From a candidate division WWE3 bacterium (GTDB taxonomy: Bacteria; Patescibacteriota; 4484-211; GCA-002791395), in contig JAAXWF010000002.1 in the NCBI GenBank assembly GCA_013335095.1, positions 261 through 64,260 on the forward strand: DNA of 64,000 nt. The letters run 5' to 3'. Shown here in pieces: positions 39,508 through 49,633 of this stretch. The translations under genes and the position numbers were made by a program. Position 1 is the first letter of the stretch. Every line of letters begins with the position of its first letter. The notes under the pieces were generated by a model that made no database searches, was not told the origin of the DNA, and worked only from the letters and a program-made list of their open reading frames with translations.

Positions 39508-40224
39508 ATGAAAAACTCAAAAAATCATTATTCATTTCAATTGATGCATGTAGCGATTCTACTGCGAGGTATTGCAGTTGGATTATTATTTCTTGGCGGT
39601 ACAATGGCGTTCGTGGGCGCATATCCAATTCTTTTTTCCGAGATACATTATGAAATAAACCAACAAGCCGAAGCAAAAGTCATAGAAAATACAACAAATA
39701 TGGATCCCAATCGTTCGAATTTTGGCGAAATACTACGCATCGCCCCAATACTTAGACAAACACCGGTCAATACGACAAACGCAATCGTAATCGATCAAAT
39801 CGAAGTTAACGTACCTGTTGTATGGGATGTTTCGGTTGTAAATAAAAACGATTACAACAGTGCATTGAAAATTGGAGTTGCTCATGCTGCCGGAACAAGT
39901 TATCCTTCCCAAAACGATGGAAACACCTATCTATTTTCACATTCAACCCTAAACCCGCTTGAAATTGAAAAATATTCGGCTGCATTCACGTTACTGCACC
40001 GACTAGAGATCGGAGATAAGATCGTGGTTTTCCGAGACAACCATAGGTATGACTACGTAGTGGAACAGAAAGAGGTGGTCAAGGGCTTTAATACCGATCC
40101 ATTAACTCGTCAGCCAGATTATCCTCAATTAACGCTACAAACGTGCGACCCACCTGGAATTCCATTAAATCGTCTGATTATTACGTCACGAATGGTCGCC
40201 GATTACGAGGTCTCTGGAAAGTAA
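39508..40224 (+). CDS. Sortase (cysteine transpeptidase)
   Basis: N-terminal TM anchor. The His box is LFSHSTLNP, the catalytic Cys motif is LTLQTCDPPG, and the conserved Arg is in LIITSRMV. Confidence 0.8.
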   Translation: MKNSKNHYSFQLMHVAILLRGIAVGLLFLGGTMAFVGAYPILFSEIHYEINQQAEAKVIENTTNMDPNRSNFGEILRIAPILRQTPVNTTNAIVIDQIEVNVPVVWDVSVVNKNDYNSALKIGVAHAAGTSYPSQNDGNTYLFSHSTLNPLEIEKYSAAFTLLHRLEIGDKIVVFRDNHRYDYVVEQKEVVKGFNTDPLTRQPDYPQLTLQTCDPPGIPLNRLIITSRMVADYEVSGK

Positions 40225-40240
40225 ATAAAAGGGGTTATTA

Positions 40241-40978
40241 TTAACGCACTAAATCCGGCCGGTACTCTTTAGTAAGCTTCTCAGCTGATTCTTTGCGCCA
40301 CCGTTCGATTTCTCGATGATTTCCACTTAAAAGGACTTCAGGAACATGCATCCCTTCATATTCAGCCGGACGAGTATACACCGGATACTTTAACAAATTT
40401 TTATCCGAAAACTGAAATGATTCCTGTTGTTTTGATTCGGCCTTACCAAGTACGCCATCAATATGCCGACTCACACTGTCAACGATTACCATGGCTGGAA
40501 TTTCGCCACCAGTTAAGATGTAATCACCAATAGAGAGCCGTTCATCAGCGAGAAATTCAAAAACACGATGGTCAACGCCTTCGTAATGTCCGCAAATTAT
40601 AATAATGTGATTTAACGCGGCAAGTTTTTCGGTAATCCGGTAATTATATCGAACCCCTTGAGGAGTCATTAAGAGGACATGGGTTATTTCTTTTTTATCA
40701 TGATTATCCGAATAGATTCCTTTTAGTTCTTTTACGGCTTTAAAGATTGGCTCAGGCTTCATTACCATACCCACGCCACCACCATATGGCTCATCATCAG
40801 TGATACTATTTTTACCTTCAGCCCAATTTCGAATATTGTGAACATTAACTTCAATGAGTTCATCCTGCTGTGCACGCTTCAAGATAGACTCCTGAAAAAC
40901 ACCTTTAAACATTGTGGGGAATAATGTCAAAATGTCAAAAACAACATGATTTTTTGTTTCTTTTGAGGACATTTGCAT
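40241..40978 (-). CDS. trmD: tRNA (guanine37-N1)-methyltransferase
   Basis: FDILTLFP...GGGVGMVMKPEPIFKAV...GHYEGVDHRV...LSIGDYILTGGEIPAMVIVDSVSR are TrmD SPOUT motifs. Confidence 0.9.
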   Translation of the reverse strand: MQMSSKETKNHVVFDILTLFPTMFKGVFQESILKRAQQDELIEVNVHNIRNWAEGKNSITDDEPYGGGVGMVMKPEPIFKAVKELKGIYSDNHDKKEITHVLLMTPQGVRYNYRITEKLAALNHIIIICGHYEGVDHRVFEFLADERLSIGDYILTGGEIPAMVIVDSVSRHIDGVLGKAESKQQESFQFSDKNLLKYPVYTRPAEYEGMHVPEVLLSGNHREIERWRKESAEKLTKEYRPDLVR

Positions 40979-41087
40979 ACAATATTATATCAGAATAATA
41001 GAGACACGGCTACTGATCAATAATAGTGGAGAGAGAGCCGCTGGATAGCTTCCGTGCGTCTAGATACAGCATGTATATAATGAAGAC

Positions 41088-42065
41088 ATGCCTAAAAATA
41101 TCACCGACCCCGAACTAATTGGTCCTGAAGAATTAACACTTGAGTCATCAATAAGACCGACCTCACTATCTCATTATTTTGGACAAGATGAATTAAAAAG
41201 AAACATTAATATTTTAATTGAAGCGGCTAAAAAAAGACGCGAGGCAATGGATCACTTATTGCTTTACGGTCCGCCTGGTTTGGGAAAAACAACTCTTGCC
41301 CGTATTGTTGGGTATGAACTTGGAGTCGATGTAAAGATAACTTCAGGTCCAGCAATTGAACGAGCCGGGGATCTAGCATCAATATTAACGAATTTAACCG
41401 AAGGAGATATATTATTTATCGATGAGATTCATCGTCTAAACAGGGTCGTAGAAGAAACACTATATCCTGCAATGGAGGATTTTGCGCTTGACCTTGTAAT
41501 CGGTAAAGGGCCGTCTGCGCGAACCCTACGACTGGACTTACCTAAATTCACCGTAGTGGGAGCGACAACACGTATAGGGCTAATGAGCGGGCCAATTCGC
41601 GATAGATTTGGCGCTTTATTCCGACTTGATTTCTATGATGAAAAAGCATTAACCCAAATAATTGAACGAGCTGCATCAGTATTAAATATCCCAATAGACA
41701 AAGAAAGCCTTAATGAGGTGGCAAGAAGATCACGCGGAACGCCTCGCATAGCAAACAGATTACTAAAAAGGATCCGAGACTATGCCGAGGTCGAAGGAAA
41801 AGGAATTATTGAACTACCAATTATTAAAAATGCCTGTGAGTTATTAGGGGTAGACCATGATGGACTAGATTATTTAGACCGAAAATATCTGGACTGCCTA
41901 AAAAATACTTTTGATGGAGGACCAGTCGGAGTTGATACGATCGCGGCAGCGATGGCCGAAGACGTTGGAACCGTAGAAGATGTAGTCGAACCATTCCTAA
42001 TTCAAAAAGGTTTAATTAAAAGGACCCCGAGAGGACGGATACTTAGTAACAAACGATTAGACTAA
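41088..42065 (+). CDS. ruvB: Holliday junction branch migration ATPase RuvB
   Basis: [16 protein letters not shown] (Walker A), [10 protein letters not shown] (Walker B), and the sensor and arginine-finger regions. Confidence 0.95.
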   Translation: MPKNITDPELIGPEELTLESSIRPTSLSHYFGQDELKRNINILIEAAKKRREAMDHLLLYGPPGLGKTTLARIVGYELGVDVKITSGPAIERAGDLASILTNLTEGDILFIDEIHRLNRVVEETLYPAMEDFALDLVIGKGPSARTLRLDLPKFTVVGATTRIGLMSGPIRDRFGALFRLDFYDEKALTQIIERAASVLNIPIDKESLNEVARRSRGTPRIANRLLKRIRDYAEVEGKGIIELPIIKNACELLGVDHDGLDYLDRKYLDCLKNTFDGGPVGVDTIAAAMAEDVGTVEDVVEPFLIQKGLIKRTPRGRILSNKRLD

Positions 42066-42083
42066 CAGAAAAGCTATATCCCA

Positions 42084-42117
42084 TAAAAAAAGGACCGTCT
42101 TAACGGTCCTTTTTTTT
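42084..42117. terminator. Bidirectional intrinsic terminator
   Basis: AAAAAAAGGACCG-tcttaa-CGGTCCTTTTTTTT. A 7-bp stem is flanked by an A-run and a T-run. It lies between ruvB (+) and the convergent acidic ORF (-). Confidence 0.7.
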
Positions 42118-42145
42118 ATCAACGTACGATACTACCGATCTTAGA

Positions 42146-42367
42146 TTACTCATCATCATCGGCATCGCCCCAATCCTCTTCATCTAAATCATCACCAAAC
42201 AGATCATCGTCTTCCTCATCATCTTCTTCTAAATCTTCGTCTTCGAGGTCTTCATCATCCCATTCATCATCAAGGTCACCTTCGTCGTCAGTGTCCTCTT
42301 CAAAATCGGCATCTCCTTCAACCTCTTCATCATCGGCGAGCAACATTGTTTTTGTTATTTCAGTCAT
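42146..42367 (-). CDS. Small highly acidic protein (about 60% Asp/Glu)
   Basis: 73 aa: MTEITKTMLLADDEEVEGDADFEEDTDDEGDLDDEWDDEDLEDEDLEEDDEEDDDLFGDDLDEEDWGDADDDE. The minus-strand upstream sequence contains an AAAGGTGGTG RBS-like element. The gene is bounded by the bidirectional terminator. Confidence 0.4.
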   Translation of the reverse strand: MTEITKTMLLADDEEVEGDADFEEDTDDEGDLDDEWDDEDLEDEDLEEDDEEDDDLFGDDLDEEDWGDADDDE

Positions 42368-42448
42368 CGATAATCACCACCTTTTAGAAAGCATTGTACA
42401 GCAAATAGCCTAGCCTTCCTTGGCTTTTTATATTATCATGGATAAACT

Positions 42449-43015
42449 GTGTCAAGACGAAAAAAGATCCTTGGTATAGACCCAGGATTGGCAGATCTAG
42501 GGTGGGGGATTATCGAGGTTGAAAAAAACAGAGTATTTCCAGTAGATTACGGAGTTATTAAAACAAAAGCGAACACCCCTCTCGCAGAACGTCTATCCAT
42601 CATTTATACCGAATTAAAGCAGTTAATCTCACAACACCAACCCGATCATGTCGGTATAGAAAAGCTTTTTTTCGGAAAAAACGCCAAAACAGCAATGTCG
42701 GTAGGTGAAGCCAGAGGGGTTGTTGTATTAACATTATTTCAACATGCACTGATTTATACTGAATTCACGCCTGCGGCTGTTAAAATAGCTCTTACAGGTT
42801 ACGGAAATGCCGATAAACATCAGGTTCAAGAGATGGTCAAACATACACTTAAATTACGGCAGATACCAAAACCCGATGATGCCGCCGATGCCTTGGCAAT
42901 AGCGATTACGATGGCATACAATCTTAAACTAAACCAGATCGTAGAGGATAAACGTAAAGATAAAGAAGCGGCGCAAAGGTTCTACCAAAAGATACAGCTC
43001 GCACAACAATCATGA
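42449..43015 (+). CDS. ruvC: Crossover junction endodeoxyribonuclease RuvC
   Basis: ILGIDPGLADLGWGII...DHVGIEKLFF...DDAADALAIAI, which includes the catalytic acidic residues of the RNase H-like fold. Confidence 0.9.
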   Translation: MSRRKKILGIDPGLADLGWGIIEVEKNRVFPVDYGVIKTKANTPLAERLSIIYTELKQLISQHQPDHVGIEKLFFGKNAKTAMSVGEARGVVVLTLFQHALIYTEFTPAAVKIALTGYGNADKHQVQEMVKHTLKLRQIPKPDDAADALAIAITMAYNLKLNQIVEDKRKDKEAAQRFYQKIQLAQQS

Positions 43016-43587
43016 TTGCCTTTATTTCGGGAGACATTCAAAAAAAAACATCTTCAAACGTCATAATCGTAAGTGGCGGTATTGGGTATGAAATTAATGT
43101 CCACGAGCGTGATTTGGAAATCCTTGAAGAAAAATCACCGGCGCAATTATGGGTTGTAACGGTAATGAATGAATCATCGATCAGACTGTTTGGTTTTTTA
43201 GATGACAGCGAACGAGAATTATTTCTTCTTTTAACATCGGTATCGGGCATTGGCCCCAAGACCGCCTTGAGTATTCTAGGAAGTGCTACATCAGACATTA
43301 TCCAAAACGCAATCATTGAAGGCGACGAGTCTGCGTTTAAAAAAATATCTGGCATTGGCCCTAAAAGTGCCCAACGTCTTGTTATTGAACTCTCTGATAA
43401 AGTCGGATCGCTTACGAAGCCCAAGTTACTTCATCGAAAAAGTCATGAGGCAGATCTGGTGATCTCGGCATTAAGCGGATTAGGATACACCAAGCCAGAA
43501 ATGGATCGAATATTACCACTAATTGATAAAAATCTTTCGACCGAAGAAAAGATTGCATTATTTATCAAACTTAATGGTCAGCAGTAA
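43012..43587 (+). CDS. ruvA: Holliday junction DNA helicase RuvA
   Basis: MIAFISGDI...GIGYEINV. There are two HhH motifs, LLTSVSGIGPKTALSIL and KISGIGPKSAQRLVIEL. ATGA overlap with ruvC. Confidence 0.9.
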   Translation: MIAFISGDIQKKTSSNVIIVSGGIGYEINVHERDLEILEEKSPAQLWVVTVMNESSIRLFGFLDDSERELFLLLTSVSGIGPKTALSILGSATSDIIQNAIIEGDESAFKKISGIGPKSAQRLVIELSDKVGSLTKPKLLHRKSHEADLVISALSGLGYTKPEMDRILPLIDKNLSTEEKIALFIKLNGQQ

Positions 43588-43646
43588 ATCAACAAAATAT
43601 TCGTAGTTGATTAAGCGTAATTCTTTTGGTACAACTTAAGTAAGTT

Positions 43647-46007
43647 ATGCCCCAAAAGAAATCAGAGTTCATTCGATGGTTTGAAGAAGTTGGTAAAAAT
43701 GACGTTGCGCTGGTCGGTGGTAAAGGTGCCAATCTTGGTGAAATGGCCCAAGCCAAATTCCCTGTACCAAATGGCTTTGTCGTAACTTCGACTACATATT
43801 TCCACTTTATTGAAGAAACAGGTCTCAAACAAAAAATCGCCAAGGTGCTTGAAAATCTTGATGTTAATGATAGTAAAGCGCTCACAACAGCTGCAGGTAA
43901 TTGTCGCAAACTCATAATGAGTGCATCCCCATCTCCTGAAATTAAAGAAGCGATTATCGCTGCATATCAAAAGTTGTCCGAAGGAAAGCCTGCTTTAGTT
44001 GCGGTTAGATCCTCAGCGACAGCAGAAGATCTTCCTGAAGCAAGCTTTGCGGGTCAACAAGAAAGTTACATGAACATAAAAGGAAAAGAAAGTGTTCTAA
44101 AAACAATTCAAATCGCATGGTCGTCATTATTTGAAGATCGCGCCGTATTTTATCGTGCACAAAAAGGGTTTGATCATCTCAAAGTTGGTATAGCTATTCC
44201 AGTACAATTAATGGTCCACAGTGAAGCATCTGGTGTAATGTTTACCGCAGATCCGATCTCGAATGATACCGGTGTTATATCAATTGAAGGTGGGTATGGA
44301 TTTGGTGATGCAATTGTCAGTGGTTCAATAACTCCAGACCAGTACATGGTTAAAAAATCTCCATTAGAGATAACTTCTAAACATATTGTCGATCAACCAA
44401 AGATGCTCGCAAAAGGTACAACAATTCCAAAAAATGCAGAAAAATTCCGTCCTGAAAGCGAACTGTTTTGGGTAGATGTGCCTAAAGATTATCGTGAAAA
44501 ACAAAAAATTAGTGACGGTCTCATATTAAAGTTAGCTGAAGTTGGTTCAAATATAGAAAAACACTACAACCATCCTCAAGATATTGAATGGGCTATCGAA
44601 AAAAATCGCGTGTATGTCGTTCAAACACGACCGATTACAACATTAACTGTACAAGATGATGTAAAGCCTACAACAACAGTCGCATCTGTTCCACAATCCT
44701 CAGCTGCGCCAACATTAAATCAACCCGTATTATTACAAGGTTTAGGAGCAAGTCCAGGAATTGCAACAGGACCTGTATGTATTATTAAGGATTCAACCGA
44801 AATCGATAAAGTTAAGAAAGGTGACATTCTCGTTACCGGAATGACTACTCCAGACTTTGTACCAGCAATGAGGAAGGCGGTTGCTGTTGTAACTAATTTA
44901 GGCGGTAGAACATCACATGCAGCAATCGTAAGTCGAGAATTAGGTATTCCGGCAGTGGTCGGTACAGATCTGGCAACAAAGACGCTAAAGAAGGGCGAAA
45001 TTATTACGGTAGATGGTAAACAAGGAAAAATTTATAGTGGAAAAGTAGACCTATCTACTGGACAAGCTGCTGGTGCTATCGTTGCACCAAATCTACAAGA
45101 GATGCTCAAAAAGACCGCAACTAAGATTTATTGTAATTTAGGTGAACCACAATTAGCTGAAGACATTGCGAAGCGAAATGTTGATGGAGTCGGTTTACTC
45201 CGTGCGGAATTTATGATTGCGAATATTGGACAACATCCACGCTATATGCTTGAAAAAGGTCGCCGAGATGAATTTGTCGATGAACTATTTGACGGTATCA
45301 TGAAATTCGCTAAAGCATTTGATCCACGTCCGGTCATTTATCGAGCCACCGATTTTCGCACAAATGAATACCGAGGACTAAAAGGTGGAGAAAAATATGA
45401 ATCTGAGGAAGAAAATCCTATGATTGGCTTCCGCGGAGTCTCACGCTATTTAGCTGATCCAGAAGTATTTAAGATGGAGTTAGAGGCGATAAAAAGAGTT
45501 CGACGCTATCACCAGAATATTTGGGTTATGTTACCGTTTGTTCGCACACCAGAAGAATTACGAGAGGCCAAGAAGATTATGGCGACAATGGGATTGTACC
45601 GTACCGGAACATTTAAATTATTGATTATGGTTGAGGTTCCGTCTACGGTATTAATGCTAGAACGATTTATTGGTGTCGGTATTGATGGGGTATCAATTGG
45701 TAGTAATGACCTAACTCAGTTAATTTTAGGTGTTGATCGAGACAATGCCAAAATCGCCAATATTTTTAATGAGCAGAATCCAGCAGTAATGTGGGCCTTA
45801 GAACACATAATCAAAGTATGCCAAGCTCATGGAATAACATCAGGCATCTGTGGGCAAGCACCAAGCGAATATCCAGAGTTAGTTACAAAACTCGTAGAGT
45901 GGGGAGCATCGTCAATTAGTGTATCACCGGATGTTATTGAACAAACAAGAGATTTAGTTGCTCAAGCAGAATTTGAGAAGGTACGGATGCGTAAATTTTC
46001 TGCTTAA
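43647..46007 (+). CDS. ppsA: Phosphoenolpyruvate synthase / pyruvate, water dikinase family (PEP-utilizing enzyme)
   Basis: 786 aa. An N-terminal ATP-grasp PPDK_N-like domain is followed by the phosphohistidine mobile domain GGRTSHAAIVSRELGIPAVVG and a C-terminal PEP-utilizers TIM barrel. The size fits PpsA rather than the roughly 880-aa PPDK. Confidence 0.7.
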   Translation: MPQKKSEFIRWFEEVGKNDVALVGGKGANLGEMAQAKFPVPNGFVVTSTTYFHFIEETGLKQKIAKVLENLDVNDSKALTTAAGNCRKLIMSASPSPEIKEAIIAAYQKLSEGKPALVAVRSSATAEDLPEASFAGQQESYMNIKGKESVLKTIQIAWSSLFEDRAVFYRAQKGFDHLKVGIAIPVQLMVHSEASGVMFTADPISNDTGVISIEGGYGFGDAIVSGSITPDQYMVKKSPLEITSKHIVDQPKMLAKGTTIPKNAEKFRPESELFWVDVPKDYREKQKISDGLILKLAEVGSNIEKHYNHPQDIEWAIEKNRVYVVQTRPITTLTVQDDVKPTTTVASVPQSSAAPTLNQPVLLQGLGASPGIATGPVCIIKDSTEIDKVKKGDILVTGMTTPDFVPAMRKAVAVVTNLGGRTSHAAIVSRELGIPAVVGTDLATKTLKKGEIITVDGKQGKIYSGKVDLSTGQAAGAIVAPNLQEMLKKTATKIYCNLGEPQLAEDIAKRNVDGVGLLRAEFMIANIGQHPRYMLEKGRRDEFVDELFDGIMKFAKAFDPRPVIYRATDFRTNEYRGLKGGEKYESEEENPMIGFRGVSRYLADPEVFKMELEAIKRVRRYHQNIWVMLPFVRTPEELREAKKIMATMGLYRTGTFKLLIMVEVPSTVLMLERFIGVGIDGVSIGSNDLTQLILGVDRDNAKIANIFNEQNPAVMWALEHIIKVCQAHGITSGICGQAPSEYPELVTKLVEWGASSISVSPDVIEQTRDLVAQAEFEKVRMRKFSA

Positions 46008-46076
46008 TTAATTTTTTGCAGGTAAATATCTGCTTGGTTTTTTAGAATAAATAGTTTAGAATAATTTTGTTGCATT

Positions 46077-46478
46077 ATGGCAAATCAAGGAAAAAAAATA
46101 TTGATAATTGAAGACGATTTTTTCATTCGCGAATTGTACGAACGACAATTTAATAAAGAAGGATATTCTGTGAGTAGCGCTGAGGATGGCCCAACAGGTT
46201 TGGTCTTAGCCAGTCAAGAAAAGCCTGATCTTATTTTACTCGATATCATGTTGCCAAAACTTAATGGCTTAGATCTTTTGAGAACGTTAAAGAGTAAATC
46301 TGAAACACAAAATATTCCGGTCATACTGCTGACAAATCTAGGTCAAGAGAGTGTTATTAAAGAGGGATTTGACTTAGGCGCAGCAAGTTACTTAATTAAA
46401 GCAGCATATACACCGTCACAGATCATTGATGAAGTTAAAAACTTTCTTAATGATTCTCAACAAACGCCGGCAAGCTAA
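46077..46478 (+). CDS. Response regulator receiver domain protein (CheY-like, single domain)
   Basis: KILIIEDDFFIRELY...LILLDIMLPKLNGLDLLRTLK...IPVILLTNLGQE has the Asp pocket and the Lys. There is no output domain. Confidence 0.85.
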   Translation: MANQGKKILIIEDDFFIRELYERQFNKEGYSVSSAEDGPTGLVLASQEKPDLILLDIMLPKLNGLDLLRTLKSKSETQNIPVILLTNLGQESVIKEGFDLGAASYLIKAAYTPSQIIDEVKNFLNDSQQTPAS

Positions 46479-47589
46479 ATCTAAATTCTGATCCTTTTCC
46501 AACCTCTGAAATAAGTGACATCTGTCCACCCATTAATTGAATAAACTGTTTTGATAGATACAGTCCTAAACCAGCACCTTGTGTTGTTTCAGTCAAACTT
46601 CTCTCACCACGTAAAAATTTAGCAAACAATTGAGACTGGAGTTCCTGCGAAATTCCGGGACCGGTATCTTTTACTGAAATGGTAACGTATCCTTCGTCAA
46701 ACCACATCTGAACAGTAATAGAACCTCTTTCGGTGTACTTAATCGCGTTCTCAATTAAGTTATCGAATACACTACGCACAAGATCTTCATCGCCACGAAT
46801 AGGTGGTATAGGGAATCGAGGCATCACAAATAAAAGTTGAAGTCCCTTTTTAGCAGCTCGTTCTTCCCATGTTCGTTGGACCTCGCGAACAATATAATCC
46901 AAGTTCAACTTTTGAACATTGACGGTTACATTTCCGGTTTCAATTTGGCTCATATCAAGAAGCTTCTCGACGGTCTGTTCTTGTCGTTGATTACTGATAT
47001 ATGCCCGTTGAATAAATTCCAAATGTTCAGGTTGCATATACGTAGCTTCTTTAATCACTACGTCTAAATATCCTTTTATAATCGAAATCGGAGTTCTCAA
47101 CTCATGACTTACAAACGATACGAAGTCGACCTGCTTTTGCTGAAGCTTTTTCTCCTGGGTTAGATCATTCATTTCCACCAGCCCACCTAAAAATCGTTGA
47201 GTTTCAGGTTCAAGAATTGGATTTAAAACTAGCTGTACGGGTTTATCCTTCAATGTTACTTCGAGCTTATAAATTTCACGTCTCTCGATAAATTGAAGAA
47301 ATGTATTTTTAATTTGGTCTTTAGGTTCAAGTGGTAAAACGATAGAGAATAAACGGCCTAAGACTTGTTCTGCAGGCAATCCTAAAAAAGTAGATGCACC
47401 TTCACTGTAAAAAAAGATCGATCCGTTTGGTTCGACCGCAAATACAGGAGTCGAAAGATGCGTTAAAAGTAAACGAAATCTGTTGAGTGATTCTTCAAGT
47501 TCGTTAATTCTTCCAATTACTGATGAATTTTTTTTATTTTTTGATGAGTTACTGCTAAATAATGAATTGATAATTCCCATCTTTTTCAT
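46447..47589 (-). CDS. Sensor histidine kinase (PAS-HisKA-HATPase_c), cytoplasmic
   Basis: H-box FVSHELRTPISIIKGY, N-box DNLIENAIKYT, and G-boxes DTGPGIS / GAGLGLYLSKQ. No TM helix is present. Its 3' end overlaps the response-regulator 3' end by 32 bp on the opposite strand. Confidence 0.85.
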   Translation of the reverse strand: MKKMGIINSLFSSNSSKNKKNSSVIGRINELEESLNRFRLLLTHLSTPVFAVEPNGSIFFYSEGASTFLGLPAEQVLGRLFSIVLPLEPKDQIKNTFLQFIERREIYKLEVTLKDKPVQLVLNPILEPETQRFLGGLVEMNDLTQEKKLQQKQVDFVSFVSHELRTPISIIKGYLDVVIKEATYMQPEHLEFIQRAYISNQRQEQTVEKLLDMSQIETGNVTVNVQKLNLDYIVREVQRTWEERAAKKGLQLLFVMPRFPIPPIRGDEDLVRSVFDNLIENAIKYTERGSITVQMWFDEGYVTISVKDTGPGISQELQSQLFAKFLRGERSLTETTQGAGLGLYLSKQFIQLMGGQMSLISEVGKGSEFRFSLPAFVENH

Positions 47590-47663
47590 ATTAACATGGT
47601 GATTTGAAATAGTCTTGTCATCTTGGGCTTTTCATTTTTGATCCATGCTTATACAATGACTAC

Positions 47664-48911
47664 ATGGTACTGATTGATTCAATTGTAGCTCGTCAAATAC
47701 TAAACGGCCAAGGAGAGCCGACCGTCGAAACTATTCTGAAATTATCCAGCGGAGAAGAACTGCGCGCTTCAGTTCCCAGTGGTAGGACAAAATCATCTTA
47801 TGAAGCGATAGAGTTATACGACAAAGATTTTGCTAAATATTTTGGCAGAAGTGTCGAGCATGCGGTTGAATCAATTAATAATATTATTGCACCGCGAATA
47901 AAACGACTTGATCCCACCGAACAATCTAAAGTTGATCAAATATTATTAGAACTCGATGGCACACCTAATAAAGCACATTTAGGCAGTAATGTTACATTGG
48001 CAGTCTCGGTTGTTGTCGCTCGGGCAGCAGCGAAAGTAAAAGATAAGCCCTTCTATTCATATATAAACGAATTATTTATTAAGACCAAGGCAAAAAACCA
48101 ATACGATGAAGATATTAATTTAACGGGAGATGCAATTAAGCCTCAGCTACCGATTCCGGGATTTTCTCTTATCAATGGGGGAAGTCATGCCAGCAGTACT
48201 GATTTAACCATACAAGAATTCTTAGTATTTCCGGTAGGAGTCGATAAAATGGCGGATAAAATTCGAGCAGGTGTAGAGATACTTAATACACTAAAGAAGC
48301 TATGCCGCGACACTTTTAATAGTGGAGAATTAGGCGATGAAGGCGCCCTCGCTCCTCCAAGAATAGCTGACCCAATGCAGGCTATGGAGATAATTTCACA
48401 AGCGGTTAAAAAATCAGGCTACGATCGAAACAATCGAGTAGTATATGGATTCGATATTGCGGGAGCCGAAATTCCGGCTGAATTTTATTCGCGGGTTTTC
48501 TCAATGTACCCTGTATTGACCGTTGAAGATCCTTATAAAGAAGATGACTGGGATAAATTCACCAAAATGCATAAGACCTATCCGGATTTATTCGTCACAG
48601 GCGATGATTTAACTGCAACCCAGTTAAAAAGACTTTATACAGCAATAAAATCTGAAGCCATCGATTCAGTAATGGTTAAACCCAATCAAGCTGGTACATT
48701 AACCGAAACATTACAATTTGCCAAAGTGGCCAAAGATGCTGGCATGGCACTGTATGCAGCACATCGATCGGGTGAAACGTCGGATACATTTATTGTCGAT
48801 CTCGCAGTGGGAATCGGAGCAAAGTTTCTTAAGGCTGGTGCACCGTTTGGCGGGGAACGAGTGGCTAAATATAACCATTTGATGGATGTCGCTGTTTATT
48901 TTGAATCTTAG
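47664..48911 (+). CDS. eno: Enolase (phosphopyruvate hydratase)
   Basis: IDSIVARQILNGQGEPTVE N-terminus. The enolase signature is present: ...MVKPNQAGTLTET... and HRSGETSDTFIVDLAVG. Confidence 0.9.
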   Translation: MVLIDSIVARQILNGQGEPTVETILKLSSGEELRASVPSGRTKSSYEAIELYDKDFAKYFGRSVEHAVESINNIIAPRIKRLDPTEQSKVDQILLELDGTPNKAHLGSNVTLAVSVVVARAAAKVKDKPFYSYINELFIKTKAKNQYDEDINLTGDAIKPQLPIPGFSLINGGSHASSTDLTIQEFLVFPVGVDKMADKIRAGVEILNTLKKLCRDTFNSGELGDEGALAPPRIADPMQAMEIISQAVKKSGYDRNNRVVYGFDIAGAEIPAEFYSRVFSMYPVLTVEDPYKEDDWDKFTKMHKTYPDLFVTGDDLTATQLKRLYTAIKSEAIDSVMVKPNQAGTLTETLQFAKVAKDAGMALYAAHRSGETSDTFIVDLAVGIGAKFLKAGAPFGGERVAKYNHLMDVAVYFES

Positions 48912-48922
48912 GATATCTCTTC

Positions 48923-49561
48923 ATGCTGTCTTCTATTCTTGAATCTATTACGACATGGGGATTACACATAATTTCACTTGGGGGATATTGGGGAATTTTT
49001 AGTATTTCATTACTTGAAAATGTTTTTACGCCAATTCCGAGTGAAGCAATCATACCTTTTGCTGGAATATTAGTTAGTCAAGGAAAGTTTTCATTTACGC
49101 TTGTAGTTGTTGCTGCAACCTTGGGCAGTCTTATCGGTGCTTATGTTTTCTACTATGTCGGCTATATACTTGGAGCTGATCATATCAAACAGTTTATTAT
49201 CAAGTGGGGAAAGTATTTTTTTCTATCCGAAGATGACGTAAAAAGAGCCGAAGAATGGTTTAGCAAATATGGAATGTGGGCTGTACTTATTTGCCGCGTT
49301 ATACCGCTTGTAAGAAGCTTTATCTCTATTCCGGCCGGATACGTTAAGTTGCCATTTTGGAAATTTAGCGTTCTGACCGCAATTGGATCTGGCTTATGGT
49401 CTACTTTTCTGGTTTATATAGGTTTTGCATTAGGAGAAAATTATCATATAATTGAACCGTACATAAGTACGATCGAAAAGGTCGTTGCGATAATTCTAGC
49501 GATTGGTTTTGGGTATTACTTGTTCCTAAAAATGTCTGCGGCTCGCAAATCTGTAATGTAA
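48923..49561 (+). CDS. dedA: DedA/SNARE-associated family membrane protein
   Basis: 212 aa and 4-5 TM helices. The DedA motif region is ...ENVFTPIPSEAIIPFAGILV...YGMWAVLICRVIPLVRSFISIPAG. Confidence 0.8.
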   Translation: MLSSILESITTWGLHIISLGGYWGIFSISLLENVFTPIPSEAIIPFAGILVSQGKFSFTLVVVAATLGSLIGAYVFYYVGYILGADHIKQFIIKWGKYFFLSEDDVKRAEEWFSKYGMWAVLICRVIPLVRSFISIPAGYVKLPFWKFSVLTAIGSGLWSTFLVYIGFALGENYHIIEPYISTIEKVVAIILAIGFGYYLFLKMSAARKSVM

Positions 49562-49604
49562 GCGATTTATCCTTAAAAACAAAGGAGTTTAAGTTATATA
49601 GCAT

Positions 49605-49633
49605 TGACACATACGTAATGTTTATGTAGAATA
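49605..49633 (+). promoter_or_regulatory. Sigma70-type promoter (TTGACA-17-TAGAAT) at left edge of GC-rich island
   Basis: Perfect -35 TTGACA at 49605-49610, a 17-nt spacer, and TAGAAT at 49628-49633. An approximately 200-nt leader follows, containing the hairpin GAGCT-GGGCA-ttt-TGCCC-atgga-AGCTC, before the ORF at 49833. Confidence 0.5.
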
